Assembly (NCBI RefSeq): GCF_001194135.2
Contig: NC_068990.1
Span: 30,626,368-30,682,862 of the forward strand
DNA length: 56,495 bases
Origin: Octopus bimaculoides
Taxonomy: Eukaryota
Direction of reading: 5' to 3'
The notes beneath the pieces are model-generated. The model did not search any database. It had not been told where the DNA came from and saw nothing but the letters and a program-made list of their open reading frames with translations. This document shows positions 1 through 9,848 of the stretch, one piece after another; the first letter of the stretch is position 1, and each line of letters begins with the position of its first letter. A program made the translations under genes and the position numbers.

Positions 1-369
1 TTACAAAGGAGGTAATCAGAAAGGTTTTTAGCAGGAAAAAAAAATGTGAAAAAGTATGATTATTTAGTGGATATTGAATTTTGTATTAATAAATCATCTT
101 TGGGGGGGGGGGGGGTTAAAATTTCCACCCCCATCCCTATATAGTTCATAAATTTAGAGGGTTTAAATTTGTGATACTATCCCTTTATTTCCTATTGTAA
201 ATGGGCAGATTTGCTATCTTACTATAATGGGTGTATGTCTGTCTCTTTGTTTGTTCCCTCTCCATGGCCAGACAGCTGGACCAAGGGTTACAATATTTTT
301 CAGGATTACAAAGACGTTCATGAAGAAGGTTTTTAGCATTCAAAAATCAGAAAGTATGATTATTTCATG

Positions 370-617
370 GAGATCGATTTTTGAATTGATAAACCACCTT
401 TGCATTTTCATTAAAATGGTACCAGAACATCCAGACATTATTCGCATAGAACAGTGGGAGGTAAGTCTTAGTTTGATTTTTTGCAATCCTAAAGATTCCG
501 CTCACGCATTCACAGCAAACAAGGCACAGGGCCAGACTTTAGATCATGTAGGAGTATTTTTACTCAGTCCGATGTTTACACACAGCCAGTCATACATCGC
601 TATGAGTAGAGCAACAG
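370..617 (+). mobile_element. Degenerate Helitron RepHel (PIF1-type helicase) C-terminal fragment
   Basis: AHAFTANKAQGQTLDHVGVFLLSPMFTHSQSYIAMSRAT matches the Helitron/PIF1 motif AFAxTINKxQGQTLxxVGxxLxxPVFxHGQLYVAxSR. An NGTR remnant lies in another frame at about 416-427. The fragment is cut at about 618 by an RTE tail. Confidence 0.75.
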
Positions 618-742
618 CATCATCATCATCATCATCATCGTTTAACGTCCACTTTCCATGCTGGCATGGGTTGGATGGTTTCACTGAGGGCTGGCAAGAG
701 AGAAGGCTGTACCAGGCTCCAATATGATCTGGCATGGTTTCA
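618..742 (-). mobile_element. RTE LINE 3' tail fragment ending in (GAT)n
   Basis: Reverse complement of the ...CCATGCCAGCATGGAAAGTGGACGTTAAACGATGATGAT tail that recurs throughout the window. Confidence 0.75.
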
Positions 743-1079
743 CTCATTAGACTGTGGCCATGCTGGGACACTGCCTTGAAGAATTTTAGGTGGACAAAAC
801 AATTTAAATGAAATAAATGATAATATATTTCGGAAGTGAATCTAACGGTTTTTGTGTGTTATTTTAAATGGCTTATAAACACCTTCCACGCTACAATGAT
901 AATATATTTATTCAGTTAAACATTAGTGAGATTAAATATTTTTCAGTGATTAGTAAACTCCACAGTAGTTGTTGATAGCTTTTGTTACCTAGGCAACCTA
1001 GTGGCAGATGATGCTCTAACACCATAGTAACCACCATAAGATTAGGATGGAAAATTTCAGGGAGCGATTAAATTCTGAT

Positions 1080-1465
1080 GTCATCATCATTTAACATCCG
1101 TTGTCCATGCTGGCATGGGTTAGACAGTTTGGTCAGGGTTGGTAAGGTGAGGGGGCTGGTTTCTATGGCTGGATGCCCTTCCTAATACCAACCACTCCCA
1201 AGAGTGTAACAGATGCTTTTATGCACCACCAGCACAGGTTAACAGTTGCATAACACCAATATCTACCACGACTACAATTTCACTTGGCTTGATAGATCTT
1301 CCTTCTCAAGCACAGCAAATTGTCAAAGTTCTGTCATTTGTTATTGCCCCCATGAGGCCCAGCACTTGAAAAGTGCTTTTTACATGCCACCAGCATGGGT
1401 GCTAGTTCCAAGACAGCAGCATGGCTGCCAGTTACACAACACCAGCATTGGCCACATTGCTGCTT
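1080..1465 (-). mobile_element. RTE LINE 3' end remnant
   Basis: Contains GGATGCCCTTCCTAA, the AAAAGTGCTTTTTACATGCC subunit and the (CAT)n tail, shared with the copies at 8879 and 26725. Confidence 0.7.
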
Positions 1466-1566
1466 AAAAATTTTTTTTTTTTTTTTAAAGGGATATTTTT
1501 AAAGAATTTCTTAAGCTGCCACTGAGACTGAACCAATATTTACTTTACCAAAATCCAGTTTCTTAC

Positions 1567-1797
1567 CCTTATTATCAGCTCCAACAAAACCAAGAATGTT
1601 CTCATGACGAAGCATCACTGTTTGGTAAATTTCAGCCTCACGAAACCACGAACGTTCATCTCGTGAGGAGAAGATCTTCACCGCCACCGACTCCCCTCGC
1701 CACTGTCCCCGCCACACTTCACCATAACGGCCTTTTCCAATAATCTCTATTAGCCGTATCTGTCTTGCTATGGTTCGTTGAACAAGGAGAGGAAGAC
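1567..1797 (-). CDS. TGFBR1: TGF-beta/activin type I receptor, coding exon 5 (GS helix and kinase N-lobe); gene continues beyond the window start
   Basis: Encodes (G)[76 protein letters not shown](D). Acceptor ttcttgttgcag, donor G|GTAAGA, phase 1-1, 231 nt. ADNK marks the start of an ALK4/5/7-type L45 loop. The symbol denotes the closest class, not proven orthology. Confidence 0.95.
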
Positions 1798-1925
1798 CTG
1801 CAACAAGAAGAGAAGATTGCATCGTGACACAACTGACAGATAAGGGTTGTTCATACTGACACACAAAGTTTTGTGGAGAAACAGGATGGGATAGATTGGA
1901 TTGACACCAGTATATAACTGTTAGT

Positions 1926-2226
1926 GAAGGTATGTGGTCAAGTGGTTAGGGGTATTCAGATCATGACCGTAAGGTCGTGAGTTCAGTTCCTAGCAGCATG
2001 CCGAGTCCATTTTCACATTGCTCCAGTCCACACAGATGGCAAAAATGAGTTGTACCTGTAATTCAAAGAGTCAGCCTTGTCACGCTGTATCACACTGAAT
2101 CTCCTTGAGAACTATGTTATGGGCATGCGTGTCTATGGAGTACTCAGCCACTTGCACGTTAATTTCATGAGTGGGCTGTTCTGTTGATCAAATCAACTGG
2201 AACCTTTGTCATCATAACCAGTGCCA
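1926..2226 (+). mobile_element. tRNA-derived SINE, family C (tail ...CGTAACCGACGGAGTGCC)
   Basis: tRNA-like A/B-box head (TGGTCAAGTGGTTAGG...GAGTTCAGTTCC) and CTCCAGTCCAC..GCTGG core; near-full similarity to copies at 2554, 7430, 42895 and 53925. Confidence 0.8.
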
Positions 2227-2553
2227 GTTTGTTTGTTTTTATCATACAAGAGACAAGCCAACAGTTTCATCACTCGGACACAGCACACTGACATAGAAGC
2301 TATTACCTGTCCAGTATTGCTTGCCAAATGACCAAAGAACTCTATAGCAGAAATACTGGGAGTTGCCAAAAAATTAACACCACCTTTTAAATTTTGGTCA
2401 ATTGAAATTTCAGAAAGTTCTCTCTCTCTCTCTCTCTCTCTCATCCCTTGTGAGACTTCATCAACACAAAATAATTTTCTTCTCATTCTAGCTACAATTT
2501 CAACTGATTAAAAATTATTTTGCACTTATCACCTATATATAGCAACATGCATG

Positions 2554-2848
2554 GGAAGGTATGTGGCTTAGTGGTTAGGGCATTCGGCTCACGATTGTAA
2601 GGTCGTGATTTCAATTCCCAGCGATGTGTTGTGTCCTTTAGCAAGACACTTTATTTCACGTTGCTCCAGTCCACTCAGCTGGCAAAAATGAGTAGTACCT
2701 GAATTTCAAAGGGCCAGCCTTGTCACACTGTGTCACGTTGAATCTCCCTGAGAATTACGTTAAGAGTACACGTACGTGTCTGTGGAGTGCTCAGCCACTT
2801 GCACATTAATTTCACGAGCAAGCAGTTCCCTCGTAGCCGACGGAGTGC
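2554..2848 (+). mobile_element. SINE family C copy
   Basis: Direct repeat of 1926-2226 with a small 3' deletion. Confidence 0.8.
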
Positions 2849-3234
2849 TCCCTATAGCAACATGCACTTAACTATTTGTTCAACATGCTGAAGTCATACA
2901 ACCACCAACTTCATCATCATCATCTTTTATACATCTGCCTTTTCTATGATAGCAAACAAAACTTGCTGAGGCAGTTTTATGTCACTACCAAATCGGTTAT
3001 ACTTCTACAATACACAACATATTCTAAGAATTTTCTCATAAAATTCCTAATAATATATAATTAAAAAAATGTAAGTTTCTCTTTAAACATTAAATAGTTG
3101 TAAGGGTCCAGTAGAGTAAAATAAGGATCAAAGAGATCCATAGGTATAATATGGTTGAGAATCACTGGTCTAAATGGGGTCAAGGTTTTCCATCTTTTCA
3201 GGATGTACACAATATCAACACACAACCGGGAAGG

Positions 3235-3335
3235 TAGAGACACACATAACACTCACACATAAACACAAACACACACATAAACACACTCACACATAACACT
3301 CACACACAAACACACTCATACACAAACACACTCAC
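3235..3335. repeat. (CA)n-rich compound microsatellite
   Basis: Imperfect cacacataacactcacac runs. Confidence 0.8.
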
Positions 3336-3850
3336 TATGGCTTTCCAAACCGTTTCTGCCAACCATTTCCAGTTTCAAGGCTATAATAGGAGACCCTTGT
3401 CCATAGTGCCACATGATGGGAATGAACCTGGAACCAGATGCTGGCAAAGCAAACTTCTTAGCCACGTGACAATGCCTGCTGCCTATCCTTACACACACGC
3501 AAATACATATATTACACACAAACATACACACTACACAAACAATTACATATACATGTGACACACACAGACACACCAAAACTACAAATTACATCATCATCAT
3601 TTAACATCCATTCTCCATGCTGGCATGGGTTGGACAGTTTGACCGGAACTGCACCAAGCGCCAAATGTCAGTTACAGCATGGATTCTACAGCTGGATGTG
3701 GTGGTGGTGGTGTTTGTAGAGGGTACACATACACAAATAGCAATAATGATAATGCTGATGATAATGATAATGATGACTATCATCACCATCAGCATTATCA
3801 TAAATACTATCAACAAAGAAAAACAAAACATCAAAAATGTCCAAACTGAC

Positions 3851-4072
3851 CTGAACCAGAACCAGAAGGGGACCAGTCTTCAATAAGACTGCGCAGACTG
3901 CCACATTGCATGGCCTGGAAGCGGTCAACTGTGGAGTTAGCAGGCAAGTAGATCTGTGACCGGCGTTGGCAGAAGTAGATGAATGCAATAAGCAGCAACA
4001 GAAGGATCACTCCAACACATATTGTGATGACTACGGTATTAGTTAGGTCCATTCCTTCAGATCCTCCTCTTG
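3851..4072 (-). CDS. TGFBR1: Type I receptor coding exon 4 (juxtamembrane, TM helix, GS box)
   Basis: Encodes (S)RGGSEGMDLTNTVVITICVGVILLLLLIAFIYFCQRRSQIYLPANSTVDRFQAMQCGSLRSLIEDWSPSGSGS(G). Acceptor ttgtttgtttcag, donor G|GTCAGT, phase 1-1, 222 nt. Joins exon 5 to give SGSGSGLPLL. Confidence 0.93.
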
Positions 4073-4104
4073 CTGAAACAAACAAGTAAAATTTTGATTT
4101 CAAA

Positions 4105-4272
4105 TTTTGGCGCAAGGCAGGGGTCGATTACACTGGTACTTACTTTATCAACCCTGAAATGATGAAAGGTAAAGTCAAACCTCTGCAGAATTTGAACTCG
4201 GAACATAAGGAGAGTTGAAATGTTGCTAAGTATTGTGCCCAGTATGCTAACAATTCTGAAAGCTTGCCGACT
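4105..4272 (-). mobile_element. SINE family D (core GCCTTTCATCCTTTCGGGGTCGATAAA..AGTACCAG)
   Basis: Reverse complement of the element at 32928 and 38290. Confidence 0.7.
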
Positions 4273-4300
4273 TCAGTAAAATATTAGTTGAAGAAATGTA

Positions 4301-5167
4301 TTAGGTTGTCAAGAAAGGTCTTGCGGTTTTTAACCTTTAAATTCAGATGCACATATCTCGGCTCAAAGAAAACTTTATTAATCGAAATAAACACTATCAG
4401 AATCAACACACTTTTGCCAACATGAAACAAGTTTATTTATGCCAGTAACATAAAAATCCTGCGTTCTGGTGGTAATGAAGTCATTGAAGGTGTGTTTGGC
4501 ATCGTCTTGGCTTTTGAAGCATTTCCCACGCAGGAAGTTGTCGAGATGCTTAAAAAAGTGGTAGTCAGTAGGCGAGAGGTCTGGCGAACGAGGCAGAGTT
4601 TTATAGCCCAATTCGTTCAACTTCTGCAGGGTCAGTTGTATGACATGCGGCCGAGCATTGTCGTGGAGAAGAATTGGTCCTTTTCTATTGACCAATGCTG
4701 GCTGTTGTTNNNNNNNNNNNNNNNNNNNNNNNNNNNNNNNNNNNNNNNNNNNNNNNNNNNNNNNNNNNNNNNNNNNNNNNNNNNNNNNNNNNNNNNNNNN
4801 NNNNNNNNNNNNNNNNNNNNNNNNNNNNNNNNNNNNNNNNNNNNNNNNNNNNNNNNNNNNNNNTTCATTAGTGGTTCCTGGGCCAAATGCATCATTGATA
4901 TCGTGAGCTGTTTCAGCAGCTTCTCGGCCTAGCTTGAACTGGAATAAGAAAATTGTGCAAATTTGCTTTTTGTTCATGTTGTATTCAACGTTCCGGAAAA
5001 AAATGGCCTAATTATTCAAAAAGAAAAAGAGTAACACGATTGGATAGAGCGAAAAACGGGCTTTAAAATGATATATAAAGTCAAAGTAATTTAACGAAAA
5101 TTAATTTGAAAATACATCATTTAAAACCAAAATTAAAAATTCCGCAGGAACTTTCTTGACAACCTAA
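4301..5167 (-). mobile_element. Mariner (Tc1/mariner, Hsmar1-like) transposon, defective
   Basis: TIRs TTAGGTTGTCAAGAAAG(G/T)TC(T/C)TGCGG at both ends, with a TA duplication at 4299-4300 and 5168-5169. The transposase remnant (4378-4977) carries FLFQFKLG, LLHDNARPH and SPDLSPTDYHFF. Only 31 residues separate the last two catalytic Asp (the PHPPY motif is shortened). There is an N gap inside. Confidence 0.93.
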
Positions 5168-5237
5168 TAGATGGCAACTATTTATATAAGAGCTATGTGG
5201 CTGTAGTGTGGGCCTACATGTATCTATATATGTGTTT

Positions 5238-5380
5238 GTGTGTGTGTGTGTGTGTGTGTTCCTCTAATGTTGTAAAGTATACATTGAGGAGACAGATGAG
5301 AGCTATCTATATAAGAATTATGTGACCGCATGTGTGTCTACATGCACTTGTGTGGTGGTGGTGGTGGTGGTGGTGGTGGT
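5238..5380. repeat. (TG)n and (GGT)n microsatellites
   Basis: (TG)n at about 5238-5258 and (GGT)n at about 5352-5380. Confidence 0.85.
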
Positions 5381-5384
5381 GCTG

Positions 5385-5825
5385 AGGAGAGCAGAGGCCA
5401 GGTGGGCAAGCCACTTTGTTTGAATGTCTGACACGCATCTCCACAAGAGACTGTGGAAGATATGTGCATGCAAGGTGGGCAGAAAAAGTTCTTTAAGGAT
5501 ACACTCAAAGTCTCAGTAAAGAGCTTTGGGATCAATCGCGACACCTGGACAAAGCAGGCACATAACCACCCTACCTGGCAAAGCTGTACCACCAGAGGTT
5601 CCACCTCCAACAAACAAAATAGGAGTGCAGGTTGCAGAAGCACAAAGAAAACATGAACTGCACAAATCCAGAGCCAACTCCTTGCCTTCCATCGCAGCAG
5701 GCCACCAGTGCCTGAACTGTAGTAGAGCCTTCCTGGCATGCATTGGACTGAGTGGCCACAGCCAAACACACTATGCTCTGTCTTCTACAATGTGATATTT
5801 TTGGTCATCATTGACAACAACAGAT
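5385..5825 (+). mobile_element. RTE-BovB-like LINE 3' end (ORF2 C-terminus with one C2H2 finger), frameshifted
   Basis: QGGQKKFFKDTLKVSVKSFGINRDTW and AEAQRKHELHKSRANSLPSIAAGHQCLNCSRAFLACIGLSGHSQTH in two frames; this is a typical BovB-like C-terminus. Confidence 0.85.
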
Positions 5826-5948
5826 AAACTAATTAAATTAATTAATGTGTGCATGTGTGTATATTCATCTGATGCTGTCATGCATGCATGGCTGTTAAAT
5901 AGGAGAAACAGTTAAATTTGTAATGTCTATATGCCTACTATGTAGGTT

Positions 5949-5954
<6 letters not shown>

Positions 5955-5991
<37 letters not shown>
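5955..5991. repeat. (TA)n microsatellite
   Basis: Pure TA run. Confidence 0.9.
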
Positions 5992-5994
<3 letters not shown>

Positions 5995-6316
5995 GGAGAT
6001 GTACTTGCATAGCAAATGACCTGATCTGATATTGTGTGCTGAAACAAAAACAATTGCAGCATGGGAGGTGTTTATAAGCCATTTAAAAACACACAAAAGC
6101 CGTTAGATTCACTTCAACATTTAAATTTAATTTGCCAAAATATTTTCATCACTTTGAAGCTGCAAAATTCTGTGTTGCAGCACGGAATTTTGTCAGTGAA
6201 CAGGTTGTGATCTCAAAGCGACAAAAATATTTTGACAAATTAAATTTAAATGTTGAAATGAATCTAACAGTTTTTGTGTGTTTTTAAATGGCTTATAAAC
6301 ACCTTCCAAGCTGCAA
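5992..6316. mobile_element. Palindromic fold-back/MITE-like element
   Basis: Arms at about 6054-6156 and 6213-6316 are near-perfect reverse complements. An inner stem AAAATTCTGTG-ttgcag-CACGGAATTTT lies at 6164-6191. A half copy is at about 830-900. Confidence 0.8.
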
Positions 6317-6376
6317 GTAAAAAAACATTCTGTGAATAAACTGTCCAAGAATATTTCAAGATCTGACAATACTTAC

Positions 6377-6528
6377 ATGGATCTGGTTTGTATGGTTCAA
6401 GAACAGGGTGGAGTTTTTTGTTGCAAAACGCAGAGTCCGAGCAACAAGATATGTTCCAGTCATACTTTCGTACATTACTGTTCTCACAGAAAAACGGCCG
6501 ATCTTTGGGCACTGGCTTATGATGGCAA
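6377..6528 (-). CDS. TGFBR1: Type I receptor coding exon 3 (second half of ectodomain with Cys box)
   Basis: Encodes (N)CHHKPVPKDRPFFCENSNVRKYDWNISCCSDSAFCNKKLHPVLEPYKPDP(S), with the CCx5CN box. Acceptor ttcttttgtttag, donor T|GTAAGT, phase 2-1, 152 nt. Confidence 0.92.
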
Positions 6529-6618
6529 CTAAACAAAAGAAGGAAAGTACTCAATATACAAGAGACAGACAGATAAAGAAGGGAATATAAGCAAGAAAGA
6601 GAGAATTGAGGAGCACGC

Positions 6619-6842
6619 TTAACTGTTTAGCATTCAGTTTACTCTCTCAAATGTAATGCTGATTTATTCCTATTCTTTTGAATTAGCCATGGATTATCTT
6701 AGAACTTTGAGATTTCAATGATGTGATTGTATTGTTTTAGAATGACATTGTTGGGTAGGTGTGAGAGGCCAGAACTGGTTGGTTTGAACATAAAACAAGT
6801 ATTTGGCCCGCATGTGGACTGCTTTAAATGCAAACAGATTAA
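6619..6842. mobile_element. piggyBac-like MITE (about 225 bp)
   Basis: TTAA at both ends with degenerate TIRs of the ttaaCCCTTTAGCATT type; homologous to 21632-21860 and 50785-50995. Confidence 0.65.
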
Positions 6843-7429
6843 TCAAGAAACTGTTTTCAAAACTCTATTAAATACACAGATGTGTGCACACACATGCACA
6901 CACATGTGCATACATGCACATACACATATATAAAGTTACATATAATGTAATTTTAACCTTACAGTGCCTGTAAGGTTATATTCTTTGATTACCGACCTTA
7001 GAAACTCACAAATTAAAAAATCTGACACAACCATAAATTTGGTGCAACTGTTTAGCCCCAGGTCAGCCCTAATCGATCTGACCTGTGATTAAAGGTATTC
7101 CAACCATAACTACTCCATCATGATACAAAGCAGGAACTATACTACCACAGAGGTCACTCTCACATTGTCCACAACTAGTCTAAACTTATTATTTCTATTA
7201 TATAACCTGCCTACTACAAATACTTTATCTCCCTATTTCTCTGCCAACAACATATCTACTCTAGTCATAAATAGTTAGTCTCCTGCCTGGGCTTGTTTTC
7301 ACCACCTCTGTCAATGTATAGTGCAATTAATTTACTTCTGTTGTTGTTGTTGGTGGTGGTGGTGGTGGCATTCTACCTGTATAAGATAAGGACTAACAAA
7401 ACACAAACATGTCTATATAAGTAAAATTG

Positions 7430-7727
7430 GCATTTCGTTGGTTACAATAGTGAGTGTTCCAGTTGATCTGGTCGACAAAACAGACTGCTTGTGAAATTAC
7501 CATGTAAGTGGCTGAGTACTCCACAGACATATATACCTTTAACGTAGTTCTCAGGGAGGCTAGGCTGGCCCTTTAAAATGCAGGTACAACACATTTTTGC
7601 CAGCTGAGTGGACTGGAACAATCTGAAATAAAGTGTCTTGTCCAAGGACACAATGTATTGCCAGGTATTGAACTCATGACCTTATGATTTTGAGCTGAAT
7701 ACTCTAACCACTTAAGCATGTGCCTTC
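7430..7727 (-). mobile_element. SINE family C copy
   Basis: Reverse complement of 1926-2226. Confidence 0.75.
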
Positions 7728-8878
7728 GCTATTTATAGTACTAAACTCACTCCCCTTCTCTATTCTATATTTGATTAATTATAATTTCTGTTCAAAGGTT
7801 ACCCACCCCACCGCTTGCTTCATCAGAATTACGAATTAGCATAATGACATGTTATCATTACTAATCAACATGTAAATTTCAGCAATTAAAACTTTTTGGC
7901 TCACTACATTATCTCTGTTAACACCTGCTTCACTCTCTCTCTCTCTCTCTCTCTCTGTTGTGTTAGCTTCCATTTTGCCAGTCTTGTTTGGATTAGATAA
8001 GGTTTTGCAGAGACAGAAATGTCTATGGCTGGATGCTCTTCCTCACCGGTTTCCATGCAAGACAATACCCCACCCCCACCCTACCGTATGACAAACTGCC
8101 TGGATGTGCATACAGGAATGACTGCAAACAATACCATTTGTAGGAATCGTGGCGCTTTGTCACCATTCATGCCCAGATTAGAAGGGATATGCACTCAGTC
8201 ACACACGCATGTCTGTATGGGACCAATGCAGGTGTTGTTTTCGTGCTGGTTGTGCTGAATAAAAAGCAAACATATTGGCACCACATAAAAAGCACTTGTA
8301 CTGAAGCTGCACTTAAAAGCACCTGGTACACTCATTAGGAAGAGCATCCATCATTAGAAACCATGCCAAAGCAGACAACTAGAGAATGGTGCAGCCCACC
8401 AGCTTGCCACCTCCTGTCAAACCATCCAACCCCATCAAATGACATTATTTCATTTCAAGAAATAAATCTTTCAAAAATGATGCTGTCTATTTACTTCTGA
8501 GCCGTCTATGTATATATTACAGGTTTTTCCCAGTTTCTGCTGACCAAGTTTCATTCCGAAAGCACTGGTCAACCCACAGCTAGAGTGCAGGATACCAGTC
8601 AAACCCCTAAGCATGTGGTTCCAAAGTGAAACACTTAAACACACAGCTATATCTGGACCTTTGAGCCATGCATGAGCAGTGATAACCAACAGTTTCTCAA
8701 CTGTATTTATTCAAGGGACAAAAATAAATTCTGCAGGCACAGATGCATATGCGAAAATATAGATATGCACCTGTATGTACATTGACGTATCAGAATGTAT
8801 TTAGTAAAACTAAGTACTAGTGTCAATATGATAGACTAAAACCCTTCGAGGGAGTGCCCCAGCATGGCCACAGTCAAG

Positions 8879-9848
8879 TAGACCCAGGAAGATATGGGAT
8901 GAGGTGATGAAGCATGACCTTCGAACATTGGGCCTCACAGAGGCAATGACGAAAGACCGAGACCTCTGGAGATATGCTGTGATTGAGAAGACTCAGCAAG
9001 TAAAGTGAGATCACAGCTGTAACCTACACCAGTGTCACATAACCAGCCCATTTTAAAAGTACCTTTGGATCGTCGAGTGACATGCCATGCTTGAGGAGAC
9101 CTATTGAGCCAAGTAAATCAAAATCAAATCAAATGACTGGCTCTCATGCTGGTGCCATGCAATAAGCACCATACATGCATGGGTCGTTGCCAGTGCCAAC
9201 TGTCTGGCTCCCCGTGCTGATGGCCTGTAAAAAGCACCATCTGAATGTGTTCGATGCCAGTTCCCTCCGCTCCGACTGGCTCCTTTTTAATTGTTTATTT
9301 TAATACAAAATAAAAATTGTTCAAATATAAAACAGCATGTGTAGATAATGTTGAAATGCCTGTCAAAGTAAAACTAAAGTCTGTCTCAGCTGATACTGTG
9401 AGACTGGACGAATGTAAACAAATGAGTTTATCAATTCTGTGGACAGAAAAAGAAAAAAAAGGTATCTATAGAAGAGATAACAACAGGTATTTGTTCAAAG
9501 TCTCATGATGTCAACTAAAAAACATTACAAAATCATGAGGTTTATTTTAATACACATTTAAAATTATGAACTGTGTATGCCAGTACCCACTGACTGGCCC
9601 CCGTGCCGGTGGCATGTAAAAAGCACTATCCGAATGTGATCAATGCCAGGCCCACCTGACTGGCTCCTGGGCTTGTGGCACATAAAAAGCACCCACTACA
9701 TGCTTAGAGTGGTTGGCGTTAGGAAGGACATCCAGCTGTAGAAACCTTGCCAGATCAGATTGGAGCCTAGTGCAACAACTAGCTCTCCATACCTCAAATT
9801 GTCCAACCCATGCCAGCATGGAAAACGGATGTTAAACGATGATGATGT
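8879..9848 (+). mobile_element. RTE LINE 3' end (ORF2 end plus 3'UTR), interrupted by an AT-rich insert at about 9285-9575
   Basis: Encodes RKIWDEVMKHDLRTLGLTEAMTKDRDLWRYAVIEKTQQVK*, followed by about 66-bp subrepeats, GTTGGCGTTAGGAAGGACATCCAGC and a (GAT)n tail. Confidence 0.85.

Noticed and set aside
227-727. 166-aa ORF as a host gene
   Set aside because: It is a composite of a Helitron relic and an RTE (CAT)n tail (poly-Ser); no coherent protein.
1926-2000. tRNA-like A/B boxes at SINE heads as tRNA genes
   Set aside because: They continue into multi-copy SINE bodies and no complete cloverleaf is evident.
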